A stretch of DNA of 64,000 bases from a virus (IMGVR_UViG_3300037851_000671:128001-192000); one strand, 5' to 3'. Counted from the first letter of the stretch, positions 29,017-37,885 are shown. Numbers and translations are program-made. The notes: generated by a model from the letters alone, not told the origin.

Positions 29017-29742
29017 TTAGTATGGTATTGCATTGGCATCGCTAATCGCTTGCTCAATGTCAACGTAATTTAATCCGGCCGTGTCTATTTTGTTTCTTGT
29101 TAGATTGTAGTGGTTTACTATTCCACTATAACTTTCAGCGTCTGGTAACACTGTAGTAATCACATTGTCATCGGAATCGCGAGGGAATTTTGCAGGTACA
29201 TTTGGGAACAGTTGAGTATACCCTGCAATCAATCGTACAAGAGAATTGATCTGTGCTTCTGTTGGAGTGAAAACAAGCATCTGTTGACCATGTACTGTAG
29301 CCATTGCTGTTTCGTGTGGCTGTACATTGTACTTCTGTTGATTGGCTTCACTGTAGAGGTTTTTATTCTCCCATGCTTGTGGCATGTAAGCAATCTCTAC
29401 GCCTGATCCAAGGTTGTTGAAAACACCTCCCTGTGACCAGGCTCCATGTGTTATATCCAAACATTGATACACTGTAGCATAATTGTTCACACTATCGTCA
29501 TCTATGATGAAATTTACAGACAGGCCACGAGCCAACAGGCCTTGGAAGCAGCTTTTGGCAGTGTAAGTGACTGACCAATGAACAGCAAACTGCTTTATGG
29601 TATTCTGCAAATCTTCAAAGCTAAGGCTTCTTACATTGTATTTCTTTTTGGGAGTGAAGTCAAAACCACCATCTTCATCCCACTTAATTACTGGACAACC
29701 TATATCTACAGATTGTTCTCCAGCGTATATGCTTGTTCCCAT
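29017..29742 (-). CDS. N-acetylmuramoyl-L-alanine amidase (Amidase_2-like)
   Basis: AVHWS, LSVNFIID, GVEI, VNHYNLTRNKID. Confidence 0.75.
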   Translation of the reverse strand: MGTSIYAGEQSVDIGCPVIKWDEDGGFDFTPKKKYNVRSLSFEDLQNTIKQFAVHWSVTYTAKSCFQGLLARGLSVNFIIDDDSVNNYATVYQCLDITHGAWSQGGVFNNLGSGVEIAYMPQAWENKNLYSEANQQKYNVQPHETAMATVHGQQMLVFTPTEAQINSLVRLIAGYTQLFPNVPAKFPRDSDDNVITTVLPDAESYSGIVNHYNLTRNKIDTAGLNYVDIEQAISDANAIPY

Positions 29743-29745
29743 GCT

Positions 29746-30474
29746 TTATCCTTTTTTCTCTGGTTTGAAATTCCCTTTCACTATATCAGCCATAGTTATT
29801 GGGTATTGAAAATGATCTCTGTCCTTGAATCCGAAGCTACCGTCACCACCCCACTTCAATCCAAGATCCTGTCCAAATTTCCCAAGACTATCCCACCAGC
29901 TCTCTGGTTTTTTCCACGCCATCTGTTCTTTCTCTATCGGAACAACGTCAACGGCTAGACCAAAGTTGTGCAGTGAGCTTCCTGGTTTGGCGTTGGTAAC
30001 TATAGTAAGAGCTTTGCCGTTTTTGTCTTCTTTTACGGTACGACCCTGGTCATACAACTCTTGCTGTCTGGCATTGCTTCTATACCCTTCAACAATACGA
30101 AGCCTGACTCCAACTTGAGCCGCACTCTCCAACAGTTTCTTTACCATTGGTTGGAATCTTGAATCCAACTCTGACAGCCGTGACATAGACATGGAATCCA
30201 CCTCAACTGGCGTTCCTGATCCGATGCCCTGGTGTTGAGGTTCTTCCGTTGCTGCCGGTGTCTTGGTGGCTGAAGAAACCTCTGGCTGCTGTTGTTGAGC
30301 AGGCGCTACCTCTGATTGATCGTTTATCGGAGGCGCACCTTGCCAAAACTGTTTCATCAGTGTTGAGACCTGTTTCTCAACATCAGACATACCTGTATCG
30401 GCGGTAGTAGTATTGCTGTCTAATGCGGCTTTATAGAAAGCTGTTGAGTATTGGTATAGGCGCTTAAAATCCAT
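29746..30474 (-). CDS. M15-family L-Ala-D-Glu peptidase
   Basis: EGYRS..RQQELY, NAKPGSSLHNFGLAVD, WGGD, DRDHFQ. Confidence 0.9.
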   Translation of the reverse strand: MDFKRLYQYSTAFYKAALDSNTTTADTGMSDVEKQVSTLMKQFWQGAPPINDQSEVAPAQQQQPEVSSATKTPAATEEPQHQGIGSGTPVEVDSMSMSRLSELDSRFQPMVKKLLESAAQVGVRLRIVEGYRSNARQQELYDQGRTVKEDKNGKALTIVTNAKPGSSLHNFGLAVDVVPIEKEQMAWKKPESWWDSLGKFGQDLGLKWGGDGSFGFKDRDHFQYPITMADIVKGNFKPEKKG

Positions 30475-30486
30475 GACAAGATGCTA

Positions 30487-30492
30487 GAATAT
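30487..30492 (-). promoter_or_regulatory. ATATTC candidate late promoter
   Basis: 12 nt before ATG 30474, no SD in spacer. Confidence 0.55.
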
Positions 30493-30497
30493 ACGCA

Positions 30498-30821
30498 TCA
30501 ACTTAGGGTTGAGGTTTTGTTTTTGCGCTTCTTCACCTTATTGCGCACCAAGCCTTTTTCCAGCCCTCGTTTGATGTGGTTCAACAGGTTATCAGGTATA
30601 GGTGATTTATCAATTGACTCGAAAGAAAAAGGGTACACACAGACAACATAGTCATCTGAATTGTACCCTGCTTCTTTAATCAGATCGTTGACCTCATTTG
30701 TCAGAGCTGTAAACATTGAGACCAGAGAGTGCCTAAGTTCTGTTTTGAACTCAAGCAATTCATCTGGCTTTAGAACGTCTTTGGTTTTGGCCACACACTC
30801 TTCCACAAGTTTATCAGCCAT
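30498..30821 (-). CDS. Hypothetical protein
   Basis: 107-aa ORF. Confidence 0.7.
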   Translation of the reverse strand: MADKLVEECVAKTKDVLKPDELLEFKTELRHSLVSMFTALTNEVNDLIKEAGYNSDDYVVCVYPFSFESIDKSPIPDNLLNHIKRGLEKGLVRNKVKKRKNKTSTLS

Positions 30822-30827
30822 ACTTTC

Positions 30828-31334
30828 TCATTCTGGAAGATCGTAGACCACAACATTGATATTGCGCTTGATCAGTTCGTCATCAATTATTTGCTGAACC
30901 TTAGCCCAATCACCTCCAGCCAAACCGCAACCGATACGTGGCATGTGGGCAGTGCCGTTGTACTCGCTGATTTCATCACCGGCTTTGGACAGACACTTTT
31001 TCAGAGCCTCATAACGGATTGGTGGCTCGCCTTTTTCATCTTCACCAATGCCATGCTGTGCAATCATGTTGATAATTGCAAGGTCACTGAGAACCTGAAT
31101 AACCTGAATCTCTCCTAGCGGAATCTTTCCAAACTTCAGGCGCCAGAGGTTACGATACTCTGATTCGGCCTTTGGCCAGCGTTTTGCCAAAGCTCCTGAA
31201 AATCCGGCGCCATATCCGCCTACGTCATTACATACCTGAAGGATGTATCGCATGTTACTGCCCTGAGGCTGTGTTGCATCACCCTTGATGAACTTGAATG
31301 TACCCTGTGGGCCAAACTTGCTTGGTTTTCTCAT
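30828..31334 (-). CDS. Macrodomain (Poa1p/TARG1/DarG-like) ADP-ribose hydrolase
   Basis: KGDAT, VCNDVGGYGAGF, NMIAQ, MPRIGCGLAGGDW. Confidence 0.9.
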   Translation of the reverse strand: MRKPSKFGPQGTFKFIKGDATQPQGSNMRYILQVCNDVGGYGAGFSGALAKRWPKAESEYRNLWRLKFGKIPLGEIQVIQVLSDLAIINMIAQHGIGEDEKGEPPIRYEALKKCLSKAGDEISEYNGTAHMPRIGCGLAGGDWAKVQQIIDDELIKRNINVVVYDLPE

Positions 31335-31335
31335 T

Positions 31336-31563
31336 TTACTTTTTCCTGTATATTATACGACCCCTAGTCATATTGTATGGATCTAATTCCACTTCTACAA
31401 TATCACCGTCCACTATCTTTATGTTATGAGTTCTAATCTTACCTGACAATTGACATAGAACTATTGTCGGACCTTTTTCTGTTTGAATTGAAACAGTAAA
31501 GAACCCATTACCTTTAGCGGCTTCTACTCGGCCGTCGAATCTTGGTTTATCATCTGAAGACAC
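31336..31563 (-). CDS. infA: Translation initiation factor IF-1
   Basis: GRVEAAKGNGFFTV...LSGKIR.HNIKIVDGDIVEVELDPYNMTRGRIIYR. Confidence 0.92.
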   Translation of the reverse strand: MSSDDKPRFDGRVEAAKGNGFFTVSIQTEKGPTIVLCQLSGKIRTHNIKIVDGDIVEVELDPYNMTRGRIIYRKK

Positions 31564-32102
31564 TTCAATTTCCTTTTTAAATAATCATCCTCAACGGGAA
31601 CACCACTCACAAATACTTCGTTGAATATATCTTGTTCCAAAATCGGAATATGTTTCAATGACAGAGAGTTGAGTTCTCTTGCTTCGTTTTCAAGGTAGGA
31701 TACAGTTACCATGTTGAGAATAACGTATCCCAACAGCAATGGACTGAAGTTGTATAGCCAACTCGACCCGAAAAGTGATGACCTGAGTAGACCATCATTT
31801 CCCAAAAACACCAATACAGATTTAGAAGAAGAGAAAAAACCAGCCATCCAATAACTATGTTTCATTATCTGGCCTGGTTTTGATTTCCTTAGGATATCAC
31901 CCGTTTGATATAACACTGTTTTGGCAGGACAAACCACACCCATGCGATTTTTTGTCAATCGCAAACGGTTCCCCTCGGCATCCCTCCACTCCATCCACGA
32001 ATCGTTCGGATGGAGCAAACACATATCAACGATCAAATCAAATGATTCGTTGCCTAAGTAAGCTTTTGCACTCGCTTTTTCTTTCGTGTATCTATCGCTC
32101 AT
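31524..32102 (-). CDS. Hypothetical protein
   Basis: 192-aa ORF. Confidence 0.65.
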   Translation of the reverse strand: MSDRYTKEKASAKAYLGNESFDLIVDMCLLHPNDSWMEWRDAEGNRLRLTKNRMGVVCPAKTVLYQTGDILRKSKPGQIMKHSYWMAGFFSSSKSVLVFLGNDGLLRSSLFGSSWLYNFSPLLLGYVILNMVTVSYLENEARELNSLSLKHIPILEQDIFNEVFVSGVPVEDDYLKRKLKCLQMINQDSTAE

Positions 32103-32776
32103 CCTACCAACGATGTGTTATCACGTATAGGACAAAATGGTTTTGTCAGTGTCTTGTGCCTGGTTGCTTTCTCCCTGGCGTGCATCATAGCAATCTCTTC
32201 TTTCTGTATCTTGTTAAATGTGAACCAGTTTTGAGAAAGATGAGGCAATTGCTCAGATACAATCATACCAGACTGAAACTCAATACACCAGTCTTGTGTG
32301 TATATTCTTTCATTGAATTTGTCTGTCCAAAGACCAGGCCACAGTTTCTCTGACAGATCTCTAATCTCTGAATAATACAGCTCGTATATCGGAAGTATGT
32401 CAGTTAGTAAAGCTGATGTTTTTCTATAGCTCCTTGAATACAAACCCTGTGTTCTATCAATTAAACCAAGAACAACACCTTGGTTTGCCTCTGCTATATT
32501 GCTAAGTTCAATAACTGTGAAATTGTCTTTTGCAATAATGTTGTTGCCAGAAGGGTATGTGTGTTTAAGTATGTGTTCTGATTGAGTGTTAAAAACAGGC
32601 ATCACCCCGATCTTGCCGCCAATCAGTTCTGTTGTTTTACAGGCGCAGTGCAATACAATAGCTGAGTTTCTACTGCCATCAAAACCAACCACTAGTTTTT
32701 TGAGACCATATTTAGAGGTATAGTCTCCAATCCACTTGGCGATATGAAGGACCAATTGATCAGCGTCGTGAATCAT
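32099..32776 (-). CDS. Degenerate NAD synthetase (NadE)-like PP-loop protein
   Basis: LVVGFDGSRNSA in place of SGGxDS; DILPIYELYYSEI matches NadE D..P...L.K..V spacing. Confidence 0.6.
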   Translation of the reverse strand: MIHDADQLVLHIAKWIGDYTSKYGLKKLVVGFDGSRNSAIVLHCACKTTELIGGKIGVMPVFNTQSEHILKHTYPSGNNIIAKDNFTVIELSNIAEANQGVVLGLIDRTQGLYSRSYRKTSALLTDILPIYELYYSEIRDLSEKLWPGLWTDKFNERIYTQDWCIEFQSGMIVSEQLPHLSQNWFTFNKIQKEEIAMMHAREKATRHKTLTKPFCPIRDNTSLVG

Positions 32777-32997
32777 CGCTTTACATTCTTTAGCGCATTC
32801 TCAAGAATGCTTTTCAAATCGAGGCCCTTCATATCTGGAACCTCTGGTTTCTCAACTGTCTTGTATACCTTTACGGCTTCCAAGGCTATAGTGGAAGCGT
32901 CAATTAACAGTTCATCTCTATTGGGGATGATAGCTCCACGTGCTTGAATGGCTGTGGTAAAAACATGGTACCAAACCTGAAACTCTTCGTATTTCAT
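32773..32997 (-). CDS. Hypothetical protein
   Basis: ATG 32997 after GAAGG. Confidence 0.6.
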   Translation of the reverse strand: MKYEEFQVWYHVFTTAIQARGAIIPNRDELLIDASTIALEAVKVYKTVEKPEVPDMKGLDLKSILENALKNVKR

Positions 32998-33004
32998 ATT
33001 ACCT

Positions 33005-33925
33005 TCATTTGAATGAAAGAAGCCTTTGGATTTCTCGACCAAAACGGCTCAAGCCTTCTCCGCCGTGATTGAGCATAGGAGGCCACCACTTGTCGTCGAA
33101 CACCCACGCAAACCAACTGTTCAATCCCATGGTGTAATCAAGCTCACGCTCGTACTTTGGATTGATACTCATCATCTCTGGAGTCCATCCCGTTTCTGTA
33201 ATCACAACAGGATGCTCCATACGGCATGTGCCAATCTGCTGAAATGTACGGAACTTGAAATCCGCTACTTCACGCAGAAACACAGATTCTGAATTGGTAG
33301 GGTGCTCTGGTGGATAAAGGTGAGCTGTATATGCTATGTTTTCACCTTTGACAGGAATCATTATAGATGGAGACAAATCATTGCACATAAGCGGTGTGCC
33401 AACTAACAACAACTTATCTGTCAGCTGTCTAATATCATATACCAATTCATTCATGAAAGGTATGTATTGGTTCCAGCTTTTTATCAGAGATGCTTTGACA
33501 ATTGGCAGACAGTCAGCATTTATAGGCTCATTGAAAACCTCAAAAACTATATTTGGGTCTGTAAACTTTGGTGCAGCTTCGCGCCAGAACTGTTTAGCCA
33601 CACCCAGGGTTTGGGCGTTCATATCGTGGATGATATGAAGGTCAATAACAACTTTCAAACCCAAACCAAGAGCCTCGGATACTATTGGTTCAAGCACCTT
33701 TTCAAGGTAGTTTGAATTTGGTTTCCAGGGGTTTGCTGATATGTCTTTGGTATCTTTTGATACCTGTGTGTATACAGGCAGCCTAATAGAATTAGCTCCC
33801 ATTAGGCGTATCTGTTTGATTTTGTCAACGGCATTTGTTTCCTGACCAATGTCCTTTAGGGACACGCCACGGAACAAGAACAAATCACCATCAAACAGTA
33901 TGTCATTCTTTACTGTCCGAAACAT
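33005..33925 (-). CDS. Glycoside hydrolase family 5 (cellulase-like)
   Basis: GANSIRLP, VVIDLH, FEVFNEP (acid/base), AHLY, VITETG (nucleophile). Confidence 0.85.
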   Translation of the reverse strand: MFRTVKNDILFDGDLFLFRGVSLKDIGQETNAVDKIKQIRLMGANSIRLPVYTQVSKDTKDISANPWKPNSNYLEKVLEPIVSEALGLGLKVVIDLHIIHDMNAQTLGVAKQFWREAAPKFTDPNIVFEVFNEPINADCLPIVKASLIKSWNQYIPFMNELVYDIRQLTDKLLLVGTPLMCNDLSPSIMIPVKGENIAYTAHLYPPEHPTNSESVFLREVADFKFRTFQQIGTCRMEHPVVITETGWTPEMMSINPKYERELDYTMGLNSWFAWVFDDKWWPPMLNHGGEGLSRFGREIQRLLSFK

Positions 33926-34913
33926 TTTTCGCCCTCACATATCTTCTCAGGTTGCCGAGGCGAACCTTTGGGTTCTGAAGAACAGGATCCTCTAGAACGT
34001 CTTGAAGTTTAGAGTGTTCTTTGTGGGCGGGCAGATGAACCTGGAACAGCTCTGTGTACTCGCAGCCAAAAGCAGCCCAATCCTCAGCCCTGTTGAAAAA
34101 GATATCATCAGCATTTAGATCAAGACACATTCTGACGAAATCGGGCATCTCATGATAGTTTGGCCTATAGACTACGAAAGAAAACTTCAGGTATTCAAGC
34201 TGGCCACTTGACCTTAGACTAGATATAAACCTCAGGTTCTCTTGAAGAATCTCCCAAGAGAAACCGCGTCTTACATCCTCGTATGTCTTTTTGGAAGCGG
34301 CATCTATTGACACCTCTATCTTCTTGGTTTTCTTTCTAATATCTTCTGGTAAAGAGTCCCAGCGTTCTTTGGTAAGCAGCGTTCCATTTGTATGGAACAT
34401 GATTTTCTTCGCCGCTACATCCTCTGATTTCAACCAAGCTCTGACATGCGGGCTGGAGAAAGGATCCCCAGACCCTATCATGATTATCTCTCCAATATCT
34501 CCCATGTCCTGTATTCGTTTCTTCAAGACATCGTGACGTTGGAAATTCATATCAACTATGATGTCTTTCCTACAAGACACGCAGTAGAGATTGCATGTCA
34601 TATCGTATGCAGCATTGACAATCTCTGGTTTGTTACGAACCGTTGGTGGTTCGTCTTCCATTGGAGATCCATGTTCATCAGGTGAGTTGAGCCATGGACA
34701 CTTCTGCTCACAACAGAATTTGTATGAACCATCAAGAATGCTATCACGGAATTCTTTGGCTTTTTCTCCGTGCCAAATTTCCAGACCGTCTTTAATCTGG
34801 AGGTTACCAACATAGGCTGTGTTCTCGTCTTTCAACCAGCCTTTTACACATAGGAATACATTGCCGTTGGTAGACACATCCATACGGCGGAAAGGCATGC
34901 TACAGTATTTCAT
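33903..34913 (-). CDS. Radical SAM protein with N-terminal SPASM/twitch-like Cys cluster
   Basis: CNLYCVSC (CxxxCxxC), GSGDPF, TNG, VSIDA. Confidence 0.85.
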   Translation of the reverse strand: MKYCSMPFRRMDVSTNGNVFLCVKGWLKDENTAYVGNLQIKDGLEIWHGEKAKEFRDSILDGSYKFCCEQKCPWLNSPDEHGSPMEDEPPTVRNKPEIVNAAYDMTCNLYCVSCRKDIIVDMNFQRHDVLKKRIQDMGDIGEIIMIGSGDPFSSPHVRAWLKSEDVAAKKIMFHTNGTLLTKERWDSLPEDIRKKTKKIEVSIDAASKKTYEDVRRGFSWEILQENLRFISSLRSSGQLEYLKFSFVVYRPNYHEMPDFVRMCLDLNADDIFFNRAEDWAAFGCEYTELFQVHLPAHKEHSKLQDVLEDPVLQNPKVRLGNLRRYVRAKNVSDSKE

Positions 34914-35811
34914 AATGTCCTGTTATACCAAGCTGTTTGGCTATTGACTCATCATCTATCGGCGCCCACTTGTCACGGTCAGGCCATTTTTTCATGATCT
35001 GGGCCGCACGCCATATAGCGGTGTTTACCATATCACCAGTCTCTCTTTTGATTTGGCCGATGACAGGTGACTCTTCCATATTAGACAGGTCAACCTTGAC
35101 TGGCTCCATCAAACCATCACACGTACCATTTACAATATCAGGCTCAAACATACCTGACATAAAGAACATGTGACCGCTGTTTCCAATCATGATTTCATTA
35201 TCTGAAATCAACCATGTGTGCTTTGTATTTGGGTATCTGAAATAGCACCAATGATACCTTGATGTTCTGTATATCTTGGCACCATACCCGGCCATCTCAC
35301 GCACCCATACAAGGTCTTCTCCCCAATCCATGTATGTAAACAGGATTGACTCTTTGACCCTTCCGGTAACGGTAGGGCCGTGTATGAATGGAAGTTCTGC
35401 TTCTGCGTTCTCTGGCCATTTGGTAAGACAATACAACCTACCATCTGTCAAACGCATGAAAGAAGATGTCTTACCAACAATATCACCCTTATGTATGTTA
35501 GAGGCAATTTCTTCTAGATACACTGGGCCGTAGTAGTCATCATCATCCCAGGTGGTCCATATGTCATCACCAAAACCGTTGTCTTTCAGATAGAGCAAGG
35601 CTTCGTTTTTAGCATATGACTGATGTGGCCTGGATGTTAGAATGACATCAGGTTCAATTCCTGCTTTTTTGCAGGCGCCTACAGCCTGTCCATTCTCAAC
35701 TATCAGAAGTTTTTTGTTATGATAGGTTTGAGATTTGAACAGGTCTACGACCCATTGAAGTTGATGTGGTCTTGAAAAAGGTACCACACACCAAATTGTA
35801 GGATTTTTCAT
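34900..35811 (-). CDS. GT-A (family 2-like) glycosyltransferase
   Basis: VVPFSRP, LLIVENG, WDDDDYY, GEDL. Confidence 0.75.
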   Translation of the reverse strand: MKNPTIWCVVPFSRPHQLQWVVDLFKSQTYHNKKLLIVENGQAVGACKKAGIEPDVILTSRPHQSYAKNEALLYLKDNGFGDDIWTTWDDDDYYGPVYLEEIASNIHKGDIVGKTSSFMRLTDGRLYCLTKWPENAEAELPFIHGPTVTGRVKESILFTYMDWGEDLVWVREMAGYGAKIYRTSRYHWCYFRYPNTKHTWLISDNEIMIGNSGHMFFMSGMFEPDIVNGTCDGLMEPVKVDLSNMEESPVIGQIKRETGDMVNTAIWRAAQIMKKWPDRDKWAPIDDESIAKQLGITGHYEIL

Positions 35812-36431
35812 GGAGGAGGTGGCTCGTATAGGAATACTTCTACTGTTGTAAAGAAATCTTGATGACCGTCAGCTTGTAATGCTCCGCGTTGGATGGCAAA
35901 GCAAATCCTATCAGCGTTGAAAACCTCTTCATCAACACCTGGCATAATTGGTTTAACGCTAGCGCCGGTCGCAGGATCAGCAGTTGGGTCCTTGGAATTT
36001 TGATACCAAAATACGTATTCGCTCATACCCCATCCAAAACAATTTGGAATAGAACATGAACAACTAGGCCAGTATACACAGTTTTGTTCTACAAGCCTGA
36101 TACTTGGCGTCAAAAACCCAGGATCAACTGTGGTGGGTTCTCTACCCGAATGATCACCAGGAGCATCCTGATCAAGGTTTCTTCCAGTAAAAACAGCTGT
36201 ACAACGAATGGAACCGCTTGATGACAGTCCAGCTTGATTGTACCAAATTGTAGTAAAATCAATTATGAATGTGCCAGCTGATATCCTTGTGCTCTCGAAC
36301 GGTTTCGAGAAATCAAGAATGGTGTTCAGGTGTATCCCAGAGGTAGGTCCGTTGCCAAAAAGAAAAGGCAACGGAGGGTATTGAATCCTGTCCTCGTAGG
36401 ACTTCTTTAACATTAGCTTGTGCTTGATCAT
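35808..36431 (-). CDS. Hypothetical protein
   Basis: 207-aa ORF. Confidence 0.65.
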   Translation of the reverse strand: MIKHKLMLKKSYEDRIQYPPLPFLFGNGPTSGIHLNTILDFSKPFESTRISAGTFIIDFTTIWYNQAGLSSSGSIRCTAVFTGRNLDQDAPGDHSGREPTTVDPGFLTPSIRLVEQNCVYWPSCSCSIPNCFGWGMSEYVFWYQNSKDPTADPATGASVKPIMPGVDEEVFNADRICFAIQRGALQADGHQDFFTTVEVFLYEPPPP

Positions 36432-36473
36432 ATTCTCTCACATGAAGAATGCTTTCCTCCATATATCGGAATA

Positions 36474-37226
36474 TCAACCAAGCAGCTTCTTTATCCAGTT
36501 CTTGGTGTCATCTATACTTGATACTCTGACGTTATCAAGCCCAATTTCAACAGAAGCATAATCGCACCCTCCTTCAAATAATGAATCACCAACATAGACA
36601 ATATCATCTTTTGATATGCGAAGCTGCTGCATCAGCTCGTCAATACCGAACTTCCGGCCACAGGAACGCGGCGTGAAATCGATGGAGGTCAGGCCAGCTA
36701 CCTTTACCTCAAAGGTTGGCAATTCCTGCGCAAGGCGAGGCAACACAGCAAGGCGCTTCTTGGCTTCGGGATCCCACTTGGCCTTCTCTTCCAGCGGGGC
36801 CTTCTGTCCAAGTGCGGAGAAGGTTACCTGTGTTTCGCGGTCTTCTACCTGCTTACCCCAAAGCTTCTCTGGAGTGAGTTCGGGAACCGCTTTCAACACT
36901 GACTCAATAACACGGTGAGCTTTTTCTATCTCCGTCTTTGTTGGGTTGGAATGATATTTAGCTATCCAACCATATTTGGACCAAGTTTGATACAGGGCGC
37001 CACCAGATGACGCAAGTATGTAAAGGTTATTCAATAGCTTCGTATCTTCGGTACCTATACTTCCAAGGAACTGTTTCTGGATTGTCTTCCAAGAAAGGCC
37101 AGATATAACCGCAACGTTATATTTACCTGTCTCAAGTATTTTCCTTAGCAGTGATGCCATCTCCTTATCGAGGGGCTGCTTGGACTCAGTAAGCGTACCA
37201 TTCAAATCAAATACGATTGTTTTCAT
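36474..37226 (-). CDS. HAD-IIB phosphomannomutase-like protein
   Basis: FDLNGTL, VISG, EDRETQVTFSALGQ, SIDF, YVGDSLFEGGCDY. Confidence 0.85.
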   Translation of the reverse strand: MKTIVFDLNGTLTESKQPLDKEMASLLRKILETGKYNVAVISGLSWKTIQKQFLGSIGTEDTKLLNNLYILASSGGALYQTWSKYGWIAKYHSNPTKTEIEKAHRVIESVLKAVPELTPEKLWGKQVEDRETQVTFSALGQKAPLEEKAKWDPEAKKRLAVLPRLAQELPTFEVKVAGLTSIDFTPRSCGRKFGIDELMQQLRISKDDIVYVGDSLFEGGCDYASVEIGLDNVRVSSIDDTKNWIKKLLG

Positions 37227-37355
37227 ACTTTGTGCATTTAATTGTGCATGATGTTATTGTTGTTTGAACGGCCTGTTATCTATCAGGCAGATCAATATCA
37301 TATGCGTGCCGGGTAGGTTTCTCGACCGGAAAGTTTCTAGCAAGGCCTTAAAAGC

Positions 37356-37391
37356 AAAAGGCCCGTCCGACCGAAGTCGAGACGAGCCTTT
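37356..37391 (-). terminator. Terminator closing the ncRNA/tRNA cluster
   Basis: AAAGGCTCGTCTCGAC-TTCG-GTCGGACGGGCCTTTT on minus strand. Confidence 0.85.
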
Positions 37392-37413
37392 GTTGGTAGC
37401 GTGTGTAGTAAAT

Positions 37414-37484
37414 GACAGCGAAAAAAAAGATCCGACCTTTTATTTGGTTTTGAATTCGAGATGAAAGATCGGTTGCGCGCTGTC
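37414..37484 (-). ncRNA. Structured RNA E1 (shared terminal motif, no T-arm)
   Basis: GACAGCG/CGCTGTC stem, CGCAA opposite AUC-U8, inner CCGATCTTT/AAAGGTCGG. Confidence 0.65.
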
Positions 37485-37487
37485 TAG

Positions 37488-37560
37488 TCGGGCGGGAGGG
37501 ATTCGAACCCCCAACTATTCGCTTATGAGGCGACTTTTCTAACCGTTGAAATACCACCCG
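37488..37560 (-). tRNA. tRNA-Met or tRNA-Ile2 (anticodon CAU)
   Basis: CGGGTGG/CCGCCCG acceptor, CT-CAT-AA loop, GGGGG-TTCGAAT-CCCTC; lacks initiator features. Confidence 0.88.
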
Positions 37561-37564
37561 AAAC

Positions 37565-37681
37565 GGCAACGAAATTATGTAGACAATAGGCCGGCTTTTT
37601 ACACCGTTTCCAAAGCCTCCGATGGATTCGAACCACCTAGCGCCAATTGATGATAGATGAAATGTCTACGAGCGCGTTGCC
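37565..37681 (-). ncRNA. Y RNA-like element E2
   Basis: GGCAACG/CGTTGCC and GTAGACA/TGTCTAC stems enclosing a T-arm GGTGG-TTCGAAT-CCATC. Confidence 0.75.
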
Positions 37682-37691
37682 AGAAATTAAA

Positions 37692-37826
37692 GAGTAACGA
37701 AAATTGCAGGACCACTGTTTTTTGTGCTACAATTACAACACATCCAGCCTTTCGACCGGAGCTGGGATTCGAACCCAGACCTCTTAATTCTCAATTTAGG
37801 ATGAATGATCCCACTGCGCGTTACTC
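37692..37826 (-). ncRNA. YrlA-like Y RNA E3 (circularly permuted tRNA mimic)
   Basis: GAGTAACG/CGTTACTC stem; then T-arm CTGGG-TTCGAAT-CCCAG, closed acceptor-like hairpin TCCGG/CTGGA, D-arm-like GTGTT-GTAATTGT-AGCAC. Confidence 0.8.
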
Positions 37827-37879
37827 GGTGCTTCGTTCTATGTTTCCACAGAATGAAACGAGAGCGTAAAGTAAACCGA

Positions 37880-37885
37880 GAATAT
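37880..37885 (-). promoter_or_regulatory. ATATTC candidate promoter for the ncRNA cluster
   Basis: ATATTCTCGG upstream of E3; divergent twin at 37942. Confidence 0.45.

Noticed and set aside
37830-37875. Fifth copy of the Y-like motif (TTTACG-CTCTC...)
   Set aside because: The 5' side is similar but the matching TTT-CG-stem 3' side is absent.
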